Source of the DNA: Aciduliprofundum boonei T469
Lineage (GTDB): Archaea; Thermoplasmatota; Thermoplasmata; Thermoplasmatales; Aciduliprofundaceae
Direction of reading: 5' to 3'
NCBI RefSeq assembly: GCF_000025665.1
Contig: NC_013926.1
Coordinates: 960,001 to 992,000, forward strand
Length of the DNA stretch: 32,000 nt
Positions 14,669-21,790 of this stretch are shown piece by piece (positions within the stretch are counted from its first letter, which is position 1; each line of letters opens with the position of its first letter). A model generated the notes under the pieces. It did not search any database and was not told the DNA's origin. It worked only from the letters and a program-made list of their open reading frames with translations. A program made the translations under genes and the position numbers.

Positions 14669-16476
14669 TGCAGAGAACTGCATTGAGCCCAGAGAGCATA
14701 CACGAAGCAGAGCAGAGAAGGAAGGAAAGAGAGGAAAAGAGGTTAATTCTCTTTGTAGTCATAGGTTTATTGTTCTTCTTTCCACCCCTGTTCCTGCTCC
14801 CCTACATAATAGATTTCCTGCGTAGGAAAGATTACTCAAAAATACCCGTAAAGAGAGTTTTTGATAAAAGAAGATTGTGGAGTTTTTCCTTCCTGCTCAC
14901 TTCTTACTCTCTTTCTTACTTTCTTATCTTTCCTTTCTATGCGAGTTTGAAAAGGAACATACTCCCCTTCTGGAAACCATTTTTTTCATACCCGTTCTCC
15001 GAGTTTTTGGTGTATCCTCACTTCTCCCTTTACTCTAATCTTTACCTGTTCATCCTATACGGGTTGATAGTGCCGATAGTCATAAGCATTCCCCTTGCGG
15101 TAGTGTTGAAAAAGAAATACAGGTTGAGGATACCACCAGATAGTTTAGTAATCCCCACCAAGCAAGGAAACATCGTGATAGAGAAGTATAACACGGGAAT
15201 TATGGTTGTGGGTGCTCCCGGTTCTGGTAAAACGGAATTGATTAAACAAGTAATCTATCAATTCCCGCAAAAGAGAGATTATGTTTGGGTAATTTTCGAT
15301 CCCAAGGGAGATTATTACGAAGCGTTTGGAACGGAAAGAGACATAACTTTGAGCGTGAATGGTTCTTCTTATGCGTGGAACATATTTTGGGAGATAGACC
15401 CCGATAGAGCTACAACGGATGTTATAGAAATAGCCAAAGAGATATTTCCAATTGAAGAAAGAGGAGGAGAGGATAAGTTTTGGGTAGTGACTTCCCAGCA
15501 ACTCTTATCTGCCTTCATACTCACATTTTACAGACAGGCATTACAGACATACACGAAGTATTTCTCTGGTAAAGTGGATAGGGAGAGATTAAAAGAGTTC
15601 CTGCCCACGAACGAGGATTTCATGGATTTCATAAACCAGCTCACCATAGAACAAGCGTATAACCTCTTAGTCAATCAGGAAGATTTGAGGAGCGTTGCCG
15701 AATACATCAATCCACAAGCGATGAAACAGGCAAGTGGTGTGTGGAGCAATTTCTATTCCCGCATAAATGAGATATTCATAGGAGATTTCTACAAGACGGC
15801 AGGAAAGAGACAGATGAGCATAAGGGATTACATAGAAAATCCACAGGGTAGAAAGTTGTTCATAGAGTATAATGTGGAAACGGGAGAAGCCGTTGCACCG
15901 ATATTTAGATTGCTGGTTGATAGAGCGATAAAGTATTCCTTTGCCAGAGAAAATCAGTATAATAGGATAGGAGAGCCAAGAAAGAAATACTTTGTTATAG
16001 ATGAGTTCCAATTGATACCCAAGTTGAAAAGGTATCAGGAATTGGTGAATTTTGGACGCTCTTACTACATAACCTCAATCATAGGAATACAGAGCATAGC
16101 ACAGGTGATAGAGAAATACGGGAAGGATTCCGCAAATGCGGTAGTTGCCGGACACGCCTATTTGTTTGCCCTCCGTGCCTACGATAGTGCCTCCTCTCAA
16201 TTGATACGCTCAAGGATTGGAAAGAAACAGGTATGGCAGAGAGAACCCCAGCACATACAGGTTCAAGGCAGAGGAGTTTATGTTGCCGATAAGTATTCCA
16301 CAACGGAGTATTTCCCGATTAGTGAGGAGCATTTGAGAACCATGCCCGTTGGACAATGTATAATCGTCACTCCCGACGGATTTAGAGAAGTCAATCTCTA
16401 CACTTTCCAGCAGGGTAAAAGGATAATTGCGGAATTGTTGAAAATGTATAATCTTGGTTATTCTTCTCTCCTTTGA
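14668..16476 (+). CDS. type IV coupling protein (VirD4/TraG/TraD-like ATPase) with N-terminal transmembrane region
   Basis: Hydrophobic N-terminal ~150 aa, Walker A VVGAPGSGKTE, Walker B YFVIDEFQLIP, then FGRSYYITSIIGIQSIAQVIEKYG, which is T4CP-like. The start overlaps the relaxase stop (TAATG). Confidence 0.65.
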   Translation: MQRTALSPESIHEAEQRRKEREEKRLILFVVIGLLFFFPPLFLLPYIIDFLRRKDYSKIPVKRVFDKRRLWSFSFLLTSYSLSYFLIFPFYASLKRNILPFWKPFFSYPFSEFLVYPHFSLYSNLYLFILYGLIVPIVISIPLAVVLKKKYRLRIPPDSLVIPTKQGNIVIEKYNTGIMVVGAPGSGKTELIKQVIYQFPQKRDYVWVIFDPKGDYYEAFGTERDITLSVNGSSYAWNIFWEIDPDRATTDVIEIAKEIFPIEERGGEDKFWVVTSQQLLSAFILTFYRQALQTYTKYFSGKVDRERLKEFLPTNEDFMDFINQLTIEQAYNLLVNQEDLRSVAEYINPQAMKQASGVWSNFYSRINEIFIGDFYKTAGKRQMSIRDYIENPQGRKLFIEYNVETGEAVAPIFRLLVDRAIKYSFARENQYNRIGEPRKKYFVIDEFQLIPKLKRYQELVNFGRSYYITSIIGIQSIAQVIEKYGKDSANAVVAGHAYLFALRAYDSASSQLIRSRIGKKQVWQREPQHIQVQGRGVYVADKYSTTEYFPISEEHLRTMPVGQCIIVTPDGFREVNLYTFQQGKRIIAELLKMYNLGYSSLL

Positions 16477-16501
16477 AAACTTCGTGAGCATGTTTTTATA
16501 C
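16477..16501 (+). promoter_or_regulatory. conserved promoter element, copy 3 (AAACTTCGTGAGCATGTTTTTATAC)
   Basis: Same ACTTCGTGAG core plus a TTTTTATA box. The ATG at 16523 is ~22 nt downstream. Confidence 0.4.
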
Positions 16502-16522
16502 TCTAACTACAAACTCTTCTGT

Positions 16523-17650
16523 ATGAGCAGAGCTACAAAAGCTGCATTAATAATATCAATATTCCTTGCAATATTTGCAGGTGTTGTAGCAACCCATGAA
16601 GGAGCTCCTGCGAGTGATACTTTATGCATTTCAACTTACATGTTGGTAATTGGGTTTGCATTTTTCTGGTTTGCCTTCAAGTTTGCAGATGCTATGTGGA
16701 AAGGAGAGAAAAAAGTATGGAGATGGCTCAACGATGAGCCAGAGCCGAAAAAGACGAAGGCACTTCCAGCAAAGAGTGAGGATGAAATGATGCTGTATGA
16801 AAGCGATAGAGAGCATAGAACTTATTTCTGGAAAGATTATGTTATCACCGTTGGAACTGGACACTATTTTATGATGAGCAACATGGAAATCCCTTACAAC
16901 GGTGTTTTCATAGTGAAAGAGAAGGATTTCACGATGTTCAAGAGGGTAGATGATATAAATCTCTTTGAGGACGAGATTAAAATGATAGCCGAGAACTGTA
17001 TTGATAAGGGTGACTGCGATATTATTCTGTCGTGGAAAGGCAGTTCCGAGTTTGCATGCGCTAAAGAAGGGTATTTTATTTACTCTTATGGCATTGATTA
17101 TGCAGGATTTTTGTTCAACAACGCTGGGTTCATTCACCTGTTTGACCATGATTGTAGAGGCTTGACAAAGAACAAAGATGCGATGTTTAGATTCGTGAAA
17201 GACAACTTGAACAAGAACGAAGTGGCTTTGATATTAACTCTCCCCGCATATACCATTCTCTCTCTAAGCGCGAAAGTAGCTCACTCTATGCTTAGGATTG
17301 ATAGGGATATCTTTGAAGTGATGTTTCCAGAGGAGAAATTGAGCTACATTTACGATGTACCTTTCAAGATAAGAAACAAGAAAGAGCTTGCTACGATTGC
17401 AAACGAGGCACAGAGGTTGCACGCAGAGGTTGGCGTGGTGTTTGAGTTTGAGAATAAGATGATCATAGCTGCAAAGGCCGAGCTTGCCAGGTTTATGATG
17501 CCAGAGTCCAAGGAAAGCGATTTAAGAGAGGACATCCTTGCCATATACTACGAGGGAGATGAAAATCCAGTGGTCGTACCGGTTGAGTGGAGAGCATGGA
17601 CCAAGCATGAACTGATAAAAGCAGCAAGCGAAGTTGTTGGTTCCATGTAA
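16523..17650 (+). CDS. membrane-anchored hypothetical protein
   Basis: ATG at 16523 preferred over the track start at 16454, which lies upstream of the promoter element. Two N-terminal hydrophobic helices (AALIISIFLAIFAGVV, YMLVIGFAFFWFAF) precede a ~300-aa soluble domain with no recognised motif. Confidence 0.55.
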   Translation: MSRATKAALIISIFLAIFAGVVATHEGAPASDTLCISTYMLVIGFAFFWFAFKFADAMWKGEKKVWRWLNDEPEPKKTKALPAKSEDEMMLYESDREHRTYFWKDYVITVGTGHYFMMSNMEIPYNGVFIVKEKDFTMFKRVDDINLFEDEIKMIAENCIDKGDCDIILSWKGSSEFACAKEGYFIYSYGIDYAGFLFNNAGFIHLFDHDCRGLTKNKDAMFRFVKDNLNKNEVALILTLPAYTILSLSAKVAHSMLRIDRDIFEVMFPEEKLSYIYDVPFKIRNKKELATIANEAQRLHAEVGVVFEFENKMIIAAKAELARFMMPESKESDLREDILAIYYEGDENPVVVPVEWRAWTKHELIKAASEVVGSM

Positions 17651-17720
17651 GCCCAACTAATAATTTTGTTCGTATTTTTCTATCTTCATTTTACAAATTC
17701 AATTAGCCCATACTTAAGAT

Positions 17721-18279
17721 ACTCCAAAACCACATGGTACTTCTTCTACTTGATAGGATAAAGAGAGAGGGAATAATAACAGAAGTGTTTCCACACCACA
17801 TGGTACTTCTTCTACTGATTGAAAATGATATATGTTTGAGGTGAGAAAAATGGTTTCCACACCACATGGTACTTCTTCTACGGAGTTTGGGATGAAATAA
17901 ATAAAAAAGTGGAGAATAGGTTTCCACACCACATGGTACTTCTTCTACGTAATCTACAAAAAGATAAACAATAAATTCGTATTGGTTTCCACACCACATG
18001 GTACTTCTTCTACTGATTGAAAATGATATATGTTTGAGGTGAGAAAAATGGTTTCCACACCACATGGTACTTCTTCTACAGATATGGCAAAGGAAATAAG
18101 CAAAGTTATTGAAATTGTTTCCACACCACATGGTACTTCTTCTACCTTAACTGATGAAAACATAGATAAAATCGTTGGAAACGTTTCCACACCACATGGT
18201 ACTTCTTCTACTATCTACAATGAAGATACTGATGAGCTTGTTGCAATTATGTTTCCACACCACATGGTACTTCTTCTAC
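17721..18279 (-). CRISPR. CRISPR array 1: 9 repeats, 8 spacers
   Basis: 29-nt repeat GTTTCCACACCACATGGTACTTCTTCTAC (+ strand) at 17721 (degenerate), 17787, 17853, 17920, 17985, 18051, 18117, 18183 and 18251. Spacers are 36-39 nt. The leader on the 18280 side and the degenerate repeat at the far end imply - strand transcription; the functional repeat GTAGAAGAAGTACCATGTGGTGTGGAAAC would give the 8-nt handle GUGGAAAC. Confidence 0.97.
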
Positions 18280-18536
18280 CAAGATTAACAGATATAGTAA
18301 TACACTGGGTTTATTTAAACATTTTTAGAGCCATTTTGCGTCAAGTCTCCAATAAACCCATGAGTATATAAACTCCTGACGCAATATAAAGATTTTTTAT
18401 ATTTTTATTCTATTTTTCCCTTTGCAAGTAAAACCTGCTTATTCCTTGTTCTACTGAACACAAAAATCATAAAAATACAAAATATAATAACTTTTATCTT
18501 TCAATCTTTATTTTCTTTTAAATACTCCTGACGCAA
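18280..18536 (-). promoter_or_regulatory. CRISPR-1 leader (257 bp) with two TTGCGTCAGGAG(T)+TATA promoter-like modules
   Basis: ~93% identical by manual alignment to 24133-24389. On the - strand, TTGCGTCAGGAG-TTTATATA lies at 18384-18365 and TTGCGTCAGGAGTATTTAAAA starts at 18536. Inverted repeats: TGGGTTTATT/AATAAACCCA (18306-15 / 18351-60) and TTGCGTCA/TGACGCAA (18336-43 / 18377-84). Confidence 0.8.
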
Positions 18537-18545
18537 AATGAAATT

Positions 18546-18809
18546 TTAGAAGATCATGTCCGTTGTTCCTTTCTCTATCCCTATGTTTATCACTTTCAAG
18601 TACTTCTCGCTGGGAAGTACATAGATCGTTACAGAATCATAATCCTCCTCTATAATACCCTTTATTCCGTCCTTTATGGCTTGGAGCTGGCTTTGGGTTA
18701 TATCACCTCGGAACACGGAATTTTGTATCCAGTGCAGGTAAGAACGCAGAAATTTGTTGACCTTGTTTACCCTTTCTTCTGCAACATCATAAACTATTAT
18801 CACATGCAT
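18546..18809 (-). CDS. cas2: CRISPR-associated endoribonuclease Cas2
   Basis: MHVIIVYDVAEERVNKVNKFLRSYLHWIQNSVFRGDIT is a canonical Cas2 N-terminus. The ATG at 18809 abuts the cas1 stop, so the track start at 18848 is probably too long. Confidence 0.9.
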   Translation of the reverse strand: MHVIIVYDVAEERVNKVNKFLRSYLHWIQNSVFRGDITQSQLQAIKDGIKGIIEEDYDSVTIYVLPSEKYLKVINIGIEKGTTDMIF

Positions 18810-18810
18810 T

Positions 18811-19776
18811 CTACCACCACACCCTAAATGCCCTGTACCTCTTATCATTCATCACATGCTTCACTAGCTTGTAAGCTTCCAACCTCAAAAGCCCTCTCTG
18901 GCTCACGCTCCTTTTTAACCTCCTGTGATAAACAGTGGAGCTCATTCGGTCTTCCCATTTTCTTATGTATTTTCTCTTTCCTTGCTCATTTAGAAATACA
19001 CCGTTGAACTCTTTTCTAAAATCATCCTCAGTTATTATACCGTGATTTACTATGTCATGAATGTGTCTATAAACCATCGTGGGCTTAAATACATCTGCAA
19101 TATCCAAAGATAATGAGAATCTCCTCTCTGATGGTTCGTGGAGGTAACTTATGCTCGGGTTCAAATGCGTGTGATAAATCTCGGTTAAAACTGCAGAGTA
19201 TAGAAGAGTGTTCCCAAAGGAGATCAAAGCGTTGAGCTCGTTTATTGGCGGCCTGTAATCTCTACGCTCAAGTTGGAATTTCTTTAGCGTATAATCTAAG
19301 CTCTTGTAGTAGTATCCCCAAATCTGTGCCTCTCTGTTCATAAGCTCCTCTATGCTATCTCCCTCAACTTCCACTCTTTCAATCTTTTCTATTATCTCCT
19401 CTAATTCTTTGTTGCTCTTTTTGAGATTTCTAAGGATGTTGTGCTTTATCCCCTCTATCATCTCCTTTGCTATGTACTTTCTCTTCTCCCAAAATATGTA
19501 GTGCTTTGCCTGATTTACCACAACCTCACCAGAGATACTTCTCTCCCTAGGATATAATGTGCCTTCATAATTGCCGTACATATCAAAGAAATGCACCACC
19601 ACGCCTGAGTTGAGCACATGCTTTATGGCACCAGAGCTGAAACTAACTGGAGCTATACATGTAATGTCCCTTAGGTTGTGAATTGGTATTGATCTCTTCT
19701 CTCCCTTTCTAACCAAGTATATGGTGTTTGCCTCCCTCTTTATTATAGCCTCCTTTGTGATGTATAAACTATCCAT
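18811..19776 (-). CDS. cas1: CRISPR-associated integrase Cas1
   Basis: 321 aa. Begins MDSLYITKEAIIKREANTIYLV; SISGEVVVNQAKHY and ALISFGNTLLYSAVLTEI follow the Cas1 pattern. Sits between cas4 and cas2. Confidence 0.9.
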   Translation of the reverse strand: MDSLYITKEAIIKREANTIYLVRKGEKRSIPIHNLRDITCIAPVSFSSGAIKHVLNSGVVVHFFDMYGNYEGTLYPRERSISGEVVVNQAKHYIFWEKRKYIAKEMIEGIKHNILRNLKKSNKELEEIIEKIERVEVEGDSIEELMNREAQIWGYYYKSLDYTLKKFQLERRDYRPPINELNALISFGNTLLYSAVLTEIYHTHLNPSISYLHEPSERRFSLSLDIADVFKPTMVYRHIHDIVNHGIITEDDFRKEFNGVFLNEQGKRKYIRKWEDRMSSTVYHRRLKRSVSQRGLLRLEAYKLVKHVMNDKRYRAFRVWW

Positions 19777-19780
19777 AAAA

Positions 19781-20275
19781 TCACGCCCAGCAAAGCTCTA
19801 AATACGAGCATTTTTCACATATCTTCCGCCAAACTGGTTTTGGAGGCCTTTCTTTGCCTATCTCAACCTCCATCTCTTTAAGCAAATCTTCAATCTTCTT
19901 CTCATTTTCTTCATTCAACTCAACCATTTCCGTGTACTTCTCCTCAGGAACTGCAATCTTGCCTTTAACTTCCACTCCCCTATCCTTCAGCCATTTTAAA
20001 TAAAACAATAACTGCATTCTGGCTGCGTTGAGCATCTTGGAACTTCTCTTAACCTCGTATATCCATACTTCCCCGTTCTCCTTCCTCGTGAAATCTATGG
20101 ATACACCCTCACCAAACAGATTCTTTATCTCTCCCTTGTAACTCTTTTCGTGAAGCATCTTTCCTAAGATAATGTACTCATTTTCCAATCTCACTCCTCT
20201 GTAAGAGTACCAAGCGGCCCTCTTGCACACAACATACTCATGAACCAAGCTTCCTGTAAATTCCATATTAATCAC
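19781..20275 (-). CDS. cas4: CRISPR-associated exonuclease Cas4
   Basis: 164 aa. N-terminal Cys (VVCKRAAWY), a RecB-type core (IDFTRKENGEVWIYEVKRS) and C-terminal CEKCSYLELC (CX2CX5C). Confidence 0.85.
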   Translation of the reverse strand: MINMEFTGSLVHEYVVCKRAAWYSYRGVRLENEYIILGKMLHEKSYKGEIKNLFGEGVSIDFTRKENGEVWIYEVKRSSKMLNAARMQLLFYLKWLKDRGVEVKGKIAVPEEKYTEMVELNEENEKKIEDLLKEMEVEIGKERPPKPVWRKICEKCSYLELCWA

Positions 20276-20982
20276 TCATTGTCTATGGGATTCAAAAACC
20301 CGAATCCAAGGGAGTTCTTTTCCCCTATTCCACAGTCCGTTATGAACCTGTAAAACTTGCCATATCCCTTGGGAATCCTCTTTTGAAGCAAGGACCACAC
20401 TGAGCCTATTACTATGAATGTCTTCTCATCCTTTTTTACCACCACGGAAACCTCCTTTTGAAATTGAAGCAGGTCAAAAAGGTCCTCGTCCAGCTCCAGC
20501 TCTTCATCATAGTACACATTATACTTCTTCACTGCATTATCTTTCAATCTATCCATGAAAAAGCGCATGCTTCCCCCGTCCCTGAATGAAAAGTACTTGC
20601 TCTTCTTATTATCCTTTTGAATCACCACTGGGCTTCCACTCCTAAACTTTCCTGTGGTTTTTACCTTGAACTTTTTGAGCTCTGCAACTTTCATTGGGCC
20701 ATCGGATAGGTAAATATGCTCTAAATCCCTCAATCTTGAGTAAAGCTCACCTATGAACTTGGGATTTGGCGAGGATACTATCAAGTTTTTCTCTTTATTT
20801 GGATAGAAATCTCCGGGAGGGAATAAATCGGAGTATGTGAAGAACTTAAACCCATTTTTAGAGTGCAAATCTGAGAACTCTGTTCCATCAAGGAGCGAGT
20901 ATATGGCTCCTTGAATCGTATGCTTGTTTACCTTTGAAAATGGTAAAAATTTCTCTGGCACTAGCTTAATGAGCAATCTCAT
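20272..20982 (-). CDS. cas6: CRISPR repeat endoribonuclease Cas6
   Basis: 236 aa with the C-terminal glycine-rich loop GIGEKNSLGFGFL typical of Cas6. TTTATACTATATTTT box ~20 nt upstream of the ATG. Confidence 0.85.
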   Translation of the reverse strand: MRLLIKLVPEKFLPFSKVNKHTIQGAIYSLLDGTEFSDLHSKNGFKFFTYSDLFPPGDFYPNKEKNLIVSSPNPKFIGELYSRLRDLEHIYLSDGPMKVAELKKFKVKTTGKFRSGSPVVIQKDNKKSKYFSFRDGGSMRFFMDRLKDNAVKKYNVYYDEELELDEDLFDLLQFQKEVSVVVKKDEKTFIVIGSVWSLLQKRIPKGYGKFYRFITDCGIGEKNSLGFGFLNPIDNE

Positions 20983-21019
20983 GCGTGTAATAGAGAAAAT
21001 ATAGTATAAACATTTTGTG

Positions 21020-21790
21020 TTAAACTTCGCACCTGAGCATCTTTCCGATCTCTAGTCCCATGTCTGTTGGATGAATCCAAGAAGTTTGCTTGTTGTAAAC
21101 TATTAAATTTGCCTGCTGGTATATCTGTATGAGGTAGGGTGCCATAGGCTCTTCTACGAGTGATACTCCTCCCGGCTTTAATATTCTCTTCAACCTAGCA
21201 ATATCCTCTGGAGAGTACGGTATTACAGGAATATTTATGAATTCCAACTTTGCTCCATCTGGAAATAGAAGCCTATCAAATTTCTCCCGTAGCTCTTTGT
21301 ACATCTCTATTCTCTTCTCTAAATCCTTCTCGCTGAACCTCATTATGTCCTCCATTATCTGTTGCTGATAATCGTTGAATGCTCCAATCTCCTTGTTCAC
21401 TACATGGTAAATGCCAGTCACTCCGAACATTGAACCAAGAAGAGCTGCCATAACCGTTACCTCTTTTCTACCACCAGCAACATTCAAAAATATCCTATCT
21501 GTGCCTATTTTGAATTTCTCTATGCATATTGCCTTTGTTATCTCCTTGGCTGCAAGCAGGGCATCTTCCTCCGAAGCTATGTCATTCTTTGGGAGCACAT
21601 GCACATGTATTCTCAACTTGGGATAATGAACCTTGAGAGCTGCCTCAACCAATCTAGTGCCTGCTAGCACGAACTCATCCTTTGTTGGAAGGAGTATTAC
21701 ATCGCTCAGATACTCGCTCTCTAAGAACCTCACCATCTCGGTTATAACCGAGGGTGATTTTCCAACAGGTGCAATCATAGCCACTTTCAT
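21020..21790 (-). CDS. CARF-fold protein (Cas_NE0113/Csx14-like motifs) with possible C-terminal winged helix; candidate cOA sensor, ring nuclease or regulator
   Basis: MKVAMIAPVGKSPSVITEMVRFL and LNVAGGRKEVTVMAALL match my recollection of the G.SP.V(V/I)TE and AGGRK motifs of that family. ATG at 21790 overlaps the csx1 stop (ATGA). The C-terminal ~70 aa are wHTH-like (weak evidence). Confidence 0.55.
   Translation of the reverse strand: MKVAMIAPVGKSPSVITEMVRFLESEYLSDVILLPTKDEFVLAGTRLVEAALKVHYPKLRIHVHVLPKNDIASEEDALLAAKEITKAICIEKFKIGTDRIFLNVAGGRKEVTVMAALLGSMFGVTGIYHVVNKEIGAFNDYQQQIMEDIMRFSEKDLEKRIEMYKELREKFDRLLFPDGAKLEFINIPVIPYSPEDIARLKRILKPGGVSLVEEPMAPYLIQIYQQANLIVYNKQTSWIHPTDMGLEIGKMLRCEV

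Larger units (their letters stand above)
1..17650. mobile_element. putative integrated plasmid-like / mobilisable element or defence-cargo island (boundaries undefined; left end may lie outside the window)
   Basis: Co-occurrence of RHH + MOBQ-like relaxase + type IV coupling protein, ArdC-like protein, Cas4-like nuclease, McrBC cargo and many overlapping ORFans. A CRISPR spacer in this window matches one of its genes at 30/37. No integrase, tRNA or att repeat recognised. Confidence 0.45.

Noticed and set aside
14455-14703. ORFs 14455..14655 (+) and 14485..14703 (-) inside the relaxase-like gene
   Set aside because: They are an alternative frame and an antisense frame of a purine-rich segment (EEMEREIKEAEE). 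The main frame carries the conserved His-triad motif.
15145-17544. Minus-strand ORFs 15145..15501, 15667..16011, 16079..16303, 16210..16491, 16631..17149 and 17350..17544
   Set aside because: They are antisense to the T4CP and membrane-protein genes, which have clear motifs or hydrophobic helices. No independent support.
17656-17684. Possible further degenerate repeat (ACTAATAATTTTGTTCGTATTTTTCTATC), one spacer length (36 nt) left of the terminal repeat
   Set aside because: Only ~11/29 positions match the consensus. The spacing is suggestive but the similarity is at background level for AT-rich sequence.
17703-18371. Track ORFs 17703..18131, 17714..17932, 17954..18190 (-) and 18030..18371 (+), with reiterated RRSTMWCGN / VEEVPCGVET / VSTPHGTSST peptides
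   Set aside because: They are translations of the CRISPR-1 repeats. The periodic peptide repeats come from the 29-nt DNA repeat and are not genes.
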